Origin: a virus
Direction: 5' to 3' (one strand)
Length of the DNA: 54,320 bases
IMG/VR virus record: IMGVR_UViG_3300031673_000059
Span: 1 to 54,320 of that record
Shown here: positions 33,841-42,546 of the stretch, in pieces
Layout: every line of letters begins with the position of its first letter
Numbering within the stretch: position 1 is the first letter of the stretch
Made by a program: the position numbers and the translations under genes
The notes under the pieces: model-generated
What the model saw: the letters and a program-made list of their open reading frames with translations, nothing else
What the model was told of the DNA's origin: nothing
The model's database searches: none

Positions 33841-34806
33841 CTAGTAGGGCGTTCCGGCCAACGTGATCAGAGATGCGAACTCCGGCCTCACGAGTGTGAT
33901 TTTGTGCCGGGTGCGGATCGCGCGCCGAAGAGTCTTGTCGGCCGGATCTACGAAGTTCGGTGTGATCTCGACCATGGTGTAAGGACTGTAGATGACGCAC
34001 GTATCCATTACGCTGTCGTCTGCCTGATACCAGGCCAGCAGCTTCCCTACGGGGAAGAGGGGATCCAGGTAGACGCCCCTGCCGTCAACCTCGCCGATTT
34101 TGGCGATGCCGTCTGCCTCTTGGACGTCAAAGCCAAGCTGGGCCAGCATCGCCGCGTTGCCAATGACCCTGTTTGCCGGGTTCCGCTGAGACCCCCGATG
34201 GACGATGTGGGCCGCCCTGTCCAGAGCTTCTTTGAGATCACCGCCGGCGGCCAACTCGATCTTGTTGTTGTCCAGGACGCCGTTCAGGATCGTTCCTACG
34301 ATCTCCCGAGCCACCTCGGTCAGGAGTGCGTCGATGTTCAGAGCCCCCTCTTCGTTGACGTCGGTGTGTGCCTTGCAGCGCCTCGACTCCGCTCGGATCT
34401 CTTGAGGGATGATGTCCAGCACGACGGAAGGCACCTTGACCTTCCTCTCGACGCCGTCTTGAATCAGGGTCGCCTCCTCCATCTCCCCGAAGCGCGGCTT
34501 GTAGTAGTAGACGATCCCGATCGGCCCAGTCATCGGCTGCACCGCGCAGAGGTCCGGGAGCACGTGGGTCCGGACCGAGGCCTTGAGGTTATCGAAGAGA
34601 TCCTCCGTCCACGAGCCGAGGACCAATGCCCGGGTCTCCTCGACGAGACGCTGAAGGTGTCTGCTCTGGTTCTCGCAGACCATGGCAGCGATGTTCGACC
34701 TGTAGCCGTCCTCTAGGCCCCACTTGGTGCGGAGCTTCTCTAGATAGCTCTCGTCCGGCATACCATCAAGCTGAGTCATAGTTCCTCCTGATGCGGAGGG
34801 TACCAC
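33841..34806 (-). CDS. T4 gp24-like capsid vertex protein (paralog of 34825..35778).
   Basis: KLRTKWGL...AMVCENQ, VQPMTGPIGIV, NPANRVIGNAAMLAQLG and YLDPLFP...VIYSPY match conserved T4 gp23/gp24 blocks (KW..L.G...A.I..FENQ; CGVQPM..P.G; N.I..S.N....L; Y.D....YYAPY). Confidence 0.6.
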   Translation of the reverse strand: MVPSASGGTMTQLDGMPDESYLEKLRTKWGLEDGYRSNIAAMVCENQSRHLQRLVEETRALVLGSWTEDLFDNLKASVRTHVLPDLCAVQPMTGPIGIVYYYKPRFGEMEEATLIQDGVERKVKVPSVVLDIIPQEIRAESRRCKAHTDVNEEGALNIDALLTEVAREIVGTILNGVLDNNKIELAAGGDLKEALDRAAHIVHRGSQRNPANRVIGNAAMLAQLGFDVQEADGIAKIGEVDGRGVYLDPLFPVGKLLAWYQADDSVMDTCVIYSPYTMVEITPNFVDPADKTLRRAIRTRHKITLVRPEFASLITLAGTPY

Positions 34807-34824
34807 AACTACATCAGATTTACA

Positions 34825-35778
34825 TCAGACAATCTGCGCCAACCGCTCCAGGACGTTGACCTTAACCACCTGGATGTGGCTCGGATGGGCCACATGGATG
34901 TTGTGGTTCAGGTAGATCGCGAAGTTGTGGCGGCCGTCCATCGGATCGAGCGGGTAGCAGAAGGGCGAGTAGACGACCGGCGTGTCTACGATGCTTGGTC
35001 CCATGTACCAGAGCATTACTTCACCGTCAGGGAACAGCGGATCCAGGTAGACGTGCATCCTCTGCTTGTAGACGCCTACCTTCTTCACCAGGCCGGTATC
35101 AGTCGTGTCCCACTCGTCCGGATCCTCCGGCGAGAAAAGCTCCAACATCTTCTCATTGCCGATCACGTGATTGGCCGGGCCCCGCATGCAGCGCTTGTGG
35201 ACCATCTGCGAGGCGCGAAGGATATCAGTGTCGAACGCGGTGTAGGTCGACTCCAACACATTGCCGGCGGCCGATCCCGCGCCGTGCATGACGCCCAACA
35301 CCTCGCGGATGGACGCCAGCATGACCGAGTCGAACACGCTGTCGATGAGCGCGAAGTTTCCTGGGTAGATCCTGACGCCGAGTCGCCTGATGGAGGCTTG
35401 GACGTTGACCGTCTGCAGGTTCAACGTCATCGTCGGGATCGATGTGCTCCCAGGAGTAGTGGGTCCGGCCGGCGTGGTGATGTTGGTTTGGCCGTAGAAG
35501 CCGATGGTGTCTGATGGCCTCCGTAGGGGCTGGACCGACACCATGTCGATCAGGGGGCAGTGCACCCAGGCCTTCACGAGAGCTCGGTAGAACTTGTCCT
35601 TCCAGTTGTCGCCATAGGTCTCTTCCAGATCATCGGGGATCAGCGATGAGCAAAGGACGTTGGCCTGGTTCTCCAACAGTAGAGCGATGACGCCAGAGCG
35701 CTTGTGATGGCCGGGGAGGTAACCCTCCCACTTCTCGGTCAGAGCCTTGATGTGGTCGTTGTCCAACATGGTGGGCAT
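34825..35778 (-). CDS. T4 gp23-like major capsid protein (short form).
   Basis: LTEKWEGYL...ALLLENQ, VQPLRRPSDTIGFYG, GPANHVIGNEKML and YLDPLFPDGEVMLWY...VVYSPF. Paralog of the adjacent gene. Confidence 0.6.
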   Translation of the reverse strand: MPTMLDNDHIKALTEKWEGYLPGHHKRSGVIALLLENQANVLCSSLIPDDLEETYGDNWKDKFYRALVKAWVHCPLIDMVSVQPLRRPSDTIGFYGQTNITTPAGPTTPGSTSIPTMTLNLQTVNVQASIRRLGVRIYPGNFALIDSVFDSVMLASIREVLGVMHGAGSAAGNVLESTYTAFDTDILRASQMVHKRCMRGPANHVIGNEKMLELFSPEDPDEWDTTDTGLVKKVGVYKQRMHVYLDPLFPDGEVMLWYMGPSIVDTPVVYSPFCYPLDPMDGRHNFAIYLNHNIHVAHPSHIQVVKVNVLERLAQIV

Positions 35779-35803
35779 AGTACCACAAGCCCACCCAAGG
35801 TCA

Positions 35804-36139
35804 TCAGTTGTGTCGATGCTCGGCGATTTTCTCCTTGTTCTCGCTCATGAGCTGCCACTGCCGGCGGTCCGCCTCGTCGTTGCGGTCCAGGCGCGCGTTG
35901 ATAACCGCCCGATCCTCCTTGAGGGCCTGGATCGCCTTCTCGTTCTCACTAAGGCGCGAGTGGATGCCACCGAAGACGTAGCTGATGACCGCGATTGAGC
36001 CAGGAATGAAGACCAGCGCGAGAAGCGCGAGGAGTCCCTTGACCGCCCACTGAGGGATATGTCCAGGGTCCGATTGCTGGACCACAATCGGCGCCGGGGC
36101 CTGAGGATCAAAAGGGGCTGGGTCGTCTGGGGGCATCAC
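35804..36139 (-). CDS. Membrane protein with one TM helix plus a coiled coil (spanin- or holin-like).
   Basis: TM helix LLALLALVFIPGSIAVISYVFGG. Confidence 0.45.
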   Translation of the reverse strand: MMPPDDPAPFDPQAPAPIVVQQSDPGHIPQWAVKGLLALLALVFIPGSIAVISYVFGGIHSRLSENEKAIQALKEDRAVINARLDRNDEADRRQWQLMSENKEKIAEHRHN

Positions 36140-36187
36140 TAACCTCTGAGGACGAGGATAGCAATCAACCCTAGCTAAACGTAGGGT

Positions 36188-36541
36188 TTAGGACTTGATG
36201 TAGCCCGTGCGGCCGCAGTTCTTGCAGGTCTCGTCTCGGGCAATCCAGCCCGTGCCGACGCAGTCCGGGCAGGCCCTTAGGCCCAATAGGCTTACGAGCT
36301 TGTTGCGCGGCGTCGTGCCGACCAGGCCCACGTCCTTGAGCTCTGAGAACGTGGTCAGAATGCCGAGCGCTTGGTGGTGCTTGGAGACGACCTTGCCCAT
36401 GCCGTCCAGCTCGGTCTCGGCCTTGGCCCTCCTCTCCTCATCAGCTGCGAGGTAGGCGGTGACCGCGTCACACATCTTCTCCAGCGCGACCAGCGACTTG
36501 TACATCTGTTGGCGCATTTGGTCTTCAGCTGGAGTGGTCAT
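36188..36541 (-). CDS. Hypothetical protein with a C-terminal zinc ribbon.
   Basis: CPDCVGTG...CKNCGRTG. Confidence 0.5.
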   Translation of the reverse strand: MTTPAEDQMRQQMYKSLVALEKMCDAVTAYLAADEERRAKAETELDGMGKVVSKHHQALGILTTFSELKDVGLVGTTPRNKLVSLLGLRACPDCVGTGWIARDETCKNCGRTGYIKS

Positions 36542-36845
36542 CGAGCTCCTTGGCCATCTGGTCGAGCACGTTGATCGACTCGACCTTCTCTACCCACATG
36601 GGATAGTACCAGGTCTTGGGCATGACCACACCGTTTGTCGTTTTGATCGTGAGGGGGCCGGGACTGTCCTTCCAGGAGATCCGGATCTCCCCGTCGTCGT
36701 CATCGTTCATGGGCAGACACTCGACGACTACGCCGGTGAACTCCCAGTCGTAGCCGCCGGCCTCCTTGTCGAGCCAGACGACCTCGTCTCCGAGCCTAAG
36801 CCAGCATCCGTTGGGCGTCTTCCAAGCCACAAGCGTTGTCTCCAT
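36525..36845 (-). CDS. Hypothetical protein.
   Basis: 106-aa ORF. Confidence 0.5.
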   Translation of the reverse strand: METTLVAWKTPNGCWLRLGDEVVWLDKEAGGYDWEFTGVVVECLPMNDDDDGEIRISWKDSPGPLTIKTTNGVVMPKTWYYPMWVEKVESINVLDQMAKELDDHSS

Positions 36846-37219
36846 CAGTCGAAGTCTGCTTCCACAGCCATCCGGACAAGCACGTTGTTGAAGTCGTTGA
36901 AGTCGGCCAGAAGCTGATCGATCAGCTTCTGCTCACTCATCGTCGATCCATCTTGCCTGAGGGCCAAAGGGATGATGTTGAACCAGACGACGTTGTTGAA
37001 GGAGGCGTTTCCCCTTCGGTACTTCTTGGCCAAGAACTGCTGGAAGTCCTGAAACGTGCTCGTGCCGTGTAGACCGGCGTGCTCGTCAGCCCCCCACGCG
37101 TAACCGCTGATGTAGGAGACGGCCATGTCGTAGTTGGTCTTCCCTACGTACATCGCTGGCCGGAGCAGGATTTCCCGAATCCTCTTAACGATCTTCGGCG
37201 ACAACCTAGTGCTGTGCAT
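36845..37219 (-). CDS. Hypothetical protein.
   Basis: MHSTRLSPK... with GGAG 5 nt upstream of the ATG at 37219. Confidence 0.5.
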   Translation of the reverse strand: MHSTRLSPKIVKRIREILLRPAMYVGKTNYDMAVSYISGYAWGADEHAGLHGTSTFQDFQQFLAKKYRRGNASFNNVVWFNIIPLALRQDGSTMSEQKLIDQLLADFNDFNNVLVRMAVEADFD

Positions 37220-37221
37220 GG

Positions 37222-37506
37222 TTACTCCTCGATGGCGCCCAGGATGTCGAGCACGGTGCCGTTGATGTTGGTGTCTAGCGTCTGCAGTCGCTGTGGACTG
37301 AGGATCCTGATCCGCCCCGTCTTGAGGTTGAGGGCCGCTCGAACATCGCATGTTCCTCGGCAGCAAGAGAGCAGAGCGAATGTCGTCTCCAGTGAACCGG
37401 CCTCTCCTCCAACGCCGTCCTGCGTAAGGAGCTGACCATCGATGGGGCACCGCTGCTGCATGAGCCGAGCGATACGGTCGTGCTTGGCCTGCTTGGCCTT
37501 ACTCAT
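37222..37506 (-). CDS. Hypothetical protein.
   Basis: 94-aa ORF. Confidence 0.5.
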   Translation of the reverse strand: MSKAKQAKHDRIARLMQQRCPIDGQLLTQDGVGGEAGSLETTFALLSCCRGTCDVRAALNLKTGRIRILSPQRLQTLDTNINGTVLDILGAIEE

Positions 37507-37825
37507 CGATCAACCGCTCGCCGTTCTCGTCGACGAACTCACACGTGGAGTAGGCGGCGGCCGTCATGTCGGCGTGTCGCACCCACCAGACGTCCCCGCC
37601 GTGGCCTCCCACCCAGGAGCCGAGCTCCCCCCAGGCTCCAGGTCGTCGAGCTTCGATGTGCTTCTCCGCGATTAGGAAGCCCCCAGTCCCATGGAGGGGG
37701 GCAACCGTCCTGACGAGCTTCCGGCCGCTGGCTCGGCACCGAGCTCGGACCAACCTCTCGGCCGCGTCCTCGGTGCCCTGCTCCATGAAGGCTCGTTCGA
37801 GCTCTCGTAGTTGAGCGTCGCTCAT
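37499..37825 (-). CDS. Hypothetical protein.
   Basis: 108-aa ORF. Confidence 0.5.
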   Translation of the reverse strand: MSDAQLRELERAFMEQGTEDAAERLVRARCRASGRKLVRTVAPLHGTGGFLIAEKHIEARRPGAWGELGSWVGGHGGDVWWVRHADMTAAAYSTCEFVDENGERLIDE

Positions 37826-38214
37826 GCTTCCTTCTTACTGCCGGACATCGACATGAGGAAGATGAGACCGACCGGCAGGGACAGCCCAATACCAAGGCCC
37901 GCGATCAGTCCGCCGAAGCCTCCGACGCCGTATCCGATGCCCATCGAGACTAGAACCACGACCAGCGCGACACCGATAAAGGCGCAACAGGCGAGGGCAC
38001 CTTCACCGTTCGACTCAGGCTTGCCCCAACCGCACCGATCACAGTGCTGCTCCATGATCCTCCACGAGACCGAGAAGGTGCAGTTCGGGCACTTCTTGTG
38101 ATCGGTCTTGGGCTTGTCCTTGGGCTTGTTGGCCTGAGTGTTCTCCGTGTTCTGATACCGCCGGTTCCCGGCGGTGTCGTCGTGGAGCCAACCATCAGAT
38201 CCTCGGTACTTCAT
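37822..38214 (-). CDS. Membrane protein: N-terminal zinc ribbon plus C-terminal Gly-zipper TM helices.
   Basis: CPNCTF...CDRCGW followed by IGVALVVVLVSMGIGYGVGGFGGLIAGLGIGL. Confidence 0.5.
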   Translation of the reverse strand: MKYRGSDGWLHDDTAGNRRYQNTENTQANKPKDKPKTDHKKCPNCTFSVSWRIMEQHCDRCGWGKPESNGEGALACCAFIGVALVVVLVSMGIGYGVGGFGGLIAGLGIGLSLPVGLIFLMSMSGSKKEA

Positions 38215-38657
38215 CCCTGCTCCACCCTCACCAGGAACGGCGGCCGGTACGTGGGGAACACCGACCGGACCCAGTGATCCCAGTGGGTGTTCTCCCAGTC
38301 GTAGTCATCGACGATCCGGGGCTCGTTCTGGTAGTTGATGACGCCTACCTGGAGGCAGCTGGGATCGGTCAGCTTCTTGCCGGCGGCCCTCTTCCAGTAG
38401 GCTACTACCAGAGCGTCAGCATACCTAGTGCCCTGGTCGGGTCGAGTGCTCATGTCGATACCGACGATGACCTCCTCGGACTCGCCCAGCTTGTTCCAGA
38501 AGTGCTGGACCAAGTCCGGCACCTCAACTGCCATGGCGTGGACCTGTAGTCCACCGTCCTTGTCCATCGAGATCATCTGGTGAGGGTAGACTCCTTCCTC
38601 ATCGATCGCGATCTTGACCATGCCCATAAACGTCTCGGGGAGCGTCTCGCTCATGCT
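38211..38657 (-). CDS. Hypothetical protein.
   Basis: MSETLPETF... ATGA overlap with the upstream gene. Confidence 0.5.
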   Translation of the reverse strand, partial: SMSETLPETFMGMVKIAIDEEGVYPHQMISMDKDGGLQVHAMAVEVPDLVQHFWNKLGESEEVIVGIDMSTRPDQGTRYADALVVAYWKRAAGKKLTDPSCLQVGVINYQNEPRIVDDYDWENTHWDHWVRSVFPTYRPPFLVRVEQG

Positions 38658-39259
38658 TCGTCTTCCTTGTCCGATTTGTCTAGGGCGTGGACGATCCGGT
38701 CTAGGAGCGGCATCGTCTCGTCTTCCAGCTCCCACTCGTGGACCTGACACATCATCCGGCATACTTCGTGGAAGTCGCTGATCCGCCTCTTGCCCCAGTA
38801 CTTGTCCCGAATGACGGCGGTGGCCGGAGCCTCCCAAGAGTAGTTGTTGTCCGTCCAGCAGTAGTTCTGCTCGGTACCCTCGGTCCATTGGTGGATCGTC
38901 GCCTGCGTGTCGGACATTAGCTGGAGGCCGTGCGCAACCTCGATCGCGTGGGCTCGCATGAGCTCGACGTTTGGCACGTTCCGCATGATGATTGTGATTA
39001 CCTCGCCGCTCCTGTCGTGAGCGACCGGGTCGGTCTTGTGGAGGACCAACTTGCTCACGTCCCGCCAGGGGATGTGGAAGCACTTCTCCAGCATCGCAAG
39101 TCGGTCGTAACCATCATCAGGCTTGTGTCTGAAGCACAACGCCTCGTAGGCACCGTCCTCTCTCCGATATAGCTGGGTGCAGAACCGACCTCCTCTGCCG
39201 CCCTCTTGGTGGCACTTGGTGCAGTGAAGCTCGCCCCTGAAGACCTTGCCGTTTTCCAT
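38651..39259 (-). CDS. Hypothetical Cys/His-rich protein.
   Basis: 202-aa ORF. GGTAGAAG lies 4 nt upstream of the ATG. Confidence 0.55.
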   Translation of the reverse strand: MENGKVFRGELHCTKCHQEGGRGGRFCTQLYRREDGAYEALCFRHKPDDGYDRLAMLEKCFHIPWRDVSKLVLHKTDPVAHDRSGEVITIIMRNVPNVELMRAHAIEVAHGLQLMSDTQATIHQWTEGTEQNYCWTDNNYSWEAPATAVIRDKYWGKRRISDFHEVCRMMCQVHEWELEDETMPLLDRIVHALDKSDKEDEA

Positions 39260-39283
39260 ACCTCTTCTACCTAGAAAGAGGTA

Positions 39284-40450
39284 TTAGGCGTCCACGGTTC
39301 CAGACTCGTCCTTGTCGTAGAACCACTCCATGATCCGCTTGTGGATCAGCTCCTCCATCTCGGAGTCCGAGACCCACGGACCAACGCCCGGGAACTCGAA
39401 GAGCGCTCCACCCTCGGCCGATCCATCAGGGAGCGACTTGGCCCCCGACTTGTCGCCGAACCGGTCTGCGAGCGTCTCGCCGAGGGGTGTGGTGTAGTCC
39501 TCGCTCCTGGCGCAGACTCGAATCTTCAGTGTGACATCGCCGGTTGTCTTGTCCTTGACCTCGACAACCGCCCACGTGACCGCCAACGGCGCTCCGACGG
39601 TCCTCAGGAGCTCATCGGCGACCATGGCCAGGTCGTCGCCGCACTTCTCCGGGATCCGGCCCAGACCGCCTAGGATTCGACCCTTACGGTAGGTGTCGTG
39701 CTTGTCCACGTAGGCTACTGCTCGGGACAGGTGCTTCAGGAAGGAGAACTGGCGCTTGTAGTTGACCAGGTCGCAGAGCAAGGAAGCGTCTGTGTAGCGC
39801 TTGACCCAGGCATAGGCCTGGTCATCACGCTCCCCCGACCGTGTGTTGCTCTTGCAGTCGGTGTAAATGCCGAGGGCGAGCATCAGCGCCAGGTCGGATT
39901 TGAACTCCCAGGTCTCCGGCGTGATCTCTGAAAGAAGCTCTGCGACCATCGTACTTGCCGAGCCTGAACTCTCGTCGAGCCAGAGAAAGATGTCCTCTCG
40001 GTCCTTGATGTCAGACTTCTCGTGATGATCGACCACGATCACCGGCTCGATCACGAAGGGCAGGCGGCTGTCCTTTGACTTGCTGGAGTCGACCAGGACG
40101 ATGTTCTCTGGGCACTGACCGGATGAATCAGTGTTCGGGTCCGTGAGCGACCGCATCCTGCTCATCAGACCGAGCTTCTGGCAGAGCGCCTCGTTTTGGG
40201 GATGCCCCACTCGTCCTTGGTAGTAGATGTGAGAGGTATGGCCGAGTTGGCTCAGGACTTCTTGCATACCGAAGGCCGACCCGATTGCGTCGGGGTCGAT
40301 CTGAGCGATGTAGATGGCGAATGGGCCATGCTCGGCCCGTTCCGCCGCCACTCGCCTCAACTTCTCGATACGACTCTCGTCGATACCGGGGCGTGCGATC
40401 TTCCGGGTAACGGTCATCGTCTCCTGGGCAAGCGCCTTTACTTCGGCCAT
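39284..40450 (-). CDS. DHH-family phosphoesterase (NrnA/RecJ-like).
   Basis: IYIAQIDPDAIGSAFG, NIVLVDSSKS and PVIVVDHH (DHH motif). The start is MAEVKAL at 40450, with GAGG 7 nt upstream. Confidence 0.7.
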   Translation of the reverse strand: MAEVKALAQETMTVTRKIARPGIDESRIEKLRRVAAERAEHGPFAIYIAQIDPDAIGSAFGMQEVLSQLGHTSHIYYQGRVGHPQNEALCQKLGLMSRMRSLTDPNTDSSGQCPENIVLVDSSKSKDSRLPFVIEPVIVVDHHEKSDIKDREDIFLWLDESSGSASTMVAELLSEITPETWEFKSDLALMLALGIYTDCKSNTRSGERDDQAYAWVKRYTDASLLCDLVNYKRQFSFLKHLSRAVAYVDKHDTYRKGRILGGLGRIPEKCGDDLAMVADELLRTVGAPLAVTWAVVEVKDKTTGDVTLKIRVCARSEDYTTPLGETLADRFGDKSGAKSLPDGSAEGGALFEFPGVGPWVSDSEMEELIHKRIMEWFYDKDESGTVDA

Positions 40451-40483
40451 CCTAGAACCTCGCTCGTGCTTAGTGAAATCGGA

Positions 40484-40502
40484 TCTCGCGCGAAGCGCGA
40501 GA
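40484..40502. promoter_or_regulatory. Perfect palindrome TCTCGCGC-GAA-GCGCGAGA in a divergent promoter region. CGGTATAAC-N7-ATG lies at 40547..40565.
   Basis: Read directly from the sequence. Confidence 0.4.
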
Positions 40503-40562
40503 CCTAGTGTAGTGCGCAGGCTTCCTTTTACCCTATCGGCCGAATTCGGTATAACAAACCCC

Positions 40563-41027
40563 ATGAACGACACAATCAAAAACGATGACGCTAAGCATCA
40601 ATACGTGTTGGTTGCCATGTGGACCGCGAAGGATCATCACGGGCAAGAGCAATACTCCCACCGAGTGGTTCATTCGACGTGGGAGGGCGAGTGGGACCCG
40701 AAAGGTATCGTCGAGCGCTACGTCCAGACGGAGCACCCGACCTGGATGCCGGACAGCTTCGGCAAGATCGGATACTTCATGGCGGAGGCTGAGGTCGAGC
40801 TCAGCCGAGTCGCGGTCTATAAGGTGGTCGGCGGCCGCCACGAAGACGCCTGGCCTGAATGGCTTGAGGAAGCAAGGGCTAAGCGCGCCTCAATCGATGT
40901 GGAGCGCGAGCGTATGGCCGACATGCAGACGATCGCACTGCTTCAGAGGAAGTGGGGCCTAGGTGAGCAAACAGAAGCCAAAGAAGCGAGCGCAGCGACT
41001 GAAGAGGGCGAAGCGGCGGAAGCATAG
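40563..41027 (+). CDS. Hypothetical protein.
   Basis: MNDTIKNDD... A TATAAC hexamer lies 7 nt upstream of the ATG (leaderless-type arrangement). Confidence 0.55.
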   Translation: MNDTIKNDDAKHQYVLVAMWTAKDHHGQEQYSHRVVHSTWEGEWDPKGIVERYVQTEHPTWMPDSFGKIGYFMAEAEVELSRVAVYKVVGGRHEDAWPEWLEEARAKRASIDVERERMADMQTIALLQRKWGLGEQTEAKEASAATEEGEAAEA

Positions 41028-41253
41028 GTTCGACCTAGCCATCGAGCACTTCACTGAGTGCGGCGATGCGGCTCAGCCGAAGGCGTGGATCTCGGACCCC
41101 AAGACAGGCATGCACGTCGAGTTCGTGTGCCCTAAGTGCAAGTTGAAGTACTGGCGGCACAATGAGACCTGGGAGTTTGAGATCAGGGGCGTCGGCAGGA
41201 TCTGTGCCAACAACCCTACAGTCCTCGATCTACTTACCCTGGGAGAGGTATAA
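40963..41253 (+). CDS. Hypothetical protein with a basic N-terminus and a zinc-binding motif.
   Basis: 96-aa ORF. Confidence 0.45.
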   Translation: MSKQKPKKRAQRLKRAKRRKHRFDLAIEHFTECGDAAQPKAWISDPKTGMHVEFVCPKCKLKYWRHNETWEFEIRGVGRICANNPTVLDLLTLGEV

Positions 41254-41427
41254 CGTAGGCATCGCCTGCCTGGACGTGTGAGGGACGCTTTGCACGGTAG
41301 CGAACCGGTGCCCAACACCGGATCTCGTATGGGTAGGGGATCAGGGGGTGTTGCACAGCCCCGCAGCGGCAACTCACACGGCGGACCTGGGTCAGGACGC
41401 GCAGTTGTCAACGGAGTCAGCCCTGGG

Positions 41428-41814
41428 CTAGCCGGGGCTGTCTTCGTTTCCGGCCGCCTGTTTTGCCGCCAGGGCCCTCTCGTCCATCATGTTGATCAGC
41501 CGGACCACCTTGGCGATTTTCTCGTCGGTCGTCCTGGAGTCGCAGACCTTGTCGATCACCTTCGAGCTGGCATGCTCGATGATGGCCCTGACCTTGGGCT
41601 GAAGCTGGGCGATGTAGAACTCCAGGTGCTCAGGGTGGACTGCGATATCGACCCGAGCATTGTTGAGCTTGGCGTATTCGGGGATCCCGGGGACGACCTC
41701 TTCCAAGAGGGCGGTCCTCCGCTCACCTTCCTTCGCCCCCCATTTCACGGTGAACTGGGCCAGGATTCGTTCGCGGATCTCCGCCTCGGTTGGATCAGGC
41801 GCCTCGTCAGACAT
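41428..41814 (-). CDS. Hypothetical protein.
   Basis: 128-aa ORF. Confidence 0.5.
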   Translation of the reverse strand: MSDEAPDPTEAEIRERILAQFTVKWGAKEGERRTALLEEVVPGIPEYAKLNNARVDIAVHPEHLEFYIAQLQPKVRAIIEHASSKVIDKVCDSRTTDEKIAKVVRLINMMDERALAAKQAAGNEDSPG

Positions 41815-41870
41815 CGTCTACTCCTTGTCCCAACTAGTAATAACGCATGAGCTTAGTGATTCGGAACCAA

Positions 41871-41894
41871 GTACACGAGAAATATCTCGTGTAC
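41871..41894. promoter_or_regulatory. Perfect 24-bp palindrome GTACACGAGA-AATA-TCTCGTGTAC, followed by the tandem direct repeat GATAGCTC x2 (41896..41911).
   Basis: Read directly. It lies in a divergent intergenic region and shares the GTGTAC core with the left-end array and the CTTGTGTAC sites. Confidence 0.6.
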
Positions 41895-41963
41895 CGATAG
41901 CTCGATAGCTCGGAGCCACATCACAGGTATAAGAAACCACCAACCTGCAATGGAGAATAAAGA

Positions 41964-42536
41964 ATGTCGACCACCTCAATCCCAACCGAGATCGCCCAGC
42001 GCTGCGACGCCACCAAGATCAAGGTCGGAGACATCTACTCACGTCATTCGTTCGGCACGGTCAAGCAGATCGAGAAGGTCTACGACCACGTCACCCGACG
42101 GAACATCACGATGCTGACGATCGAGAACTCCAACGGCAACAGTTGGCAGATCGGCGCTGACATCGCCGCTCTGGAGTTCAGCATCGCCTCGCAGTTCGAG
42201 GACGAGGAGAAGGTCTCCCGCACCCGCATGATCGAGATCATGCTGGAGCACCCCCGCACGGCCATGACCATCAACTTCAACAAGAAGCCCAAGGTCGAAG
42301 ACGTCGCCAAGGCCCTCCAGGAGGGCAAGACCGGCACGGCCAAGGACTGGAAGGCACTGGTCAAGGAGCAGCTTGAGGGCGCCGAGCGGACCATGCTTGG
42401 GTACCACGTCTGTAGTTTCGACGAACACCGCCGCCTCCGCTTCCAGGACGCTGAGGCGAAGGGCCAGCGATTGGTCGATCCTCGGACCTTGAACTGGTTG
42501 GTGGTCGACCGCGTCAAGTACACCATCACTAAGTAG
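41964..42536 (+). CDS. Hypothetical protein.
   Basis: 190-aa ORF. GGAGAA lies 9 nt upstream of the ATG. Confidence 0.55.
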   Translation: MSTTSIPTEIAQRCDATKIKVGDIYSRHSFGTVKQIEKVYDHVTRRNITMLTIENSNGNSWQIGADIAALEFSIASQFEDEEKVSRTRMIEIMLEHPRTAMTINFNKKPKVEDVAKALQEGKTGTAKDWKALVKEQLEGAERTMLGYHVCSFDEHRRLRFQDAEAKGQRLVDPRTLNWLVVDRVKYTITK

Positions 42537-42546
42537 GAGAGTCGCC

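Noticed and set aside
33697-34716. 339-aa plus-strand ORF.
   Set aside because: It is antisense to the gp24-like capsid paralog and low in complexity.
39254-39284. Hairpin TACCTCTT-N9-AAGAGGTA, considered as a terminator.
   Set aside because: There is no U-tract on either strand. One arm is simply the GGTAGAAG start-associated motif of gene 38651..39259.
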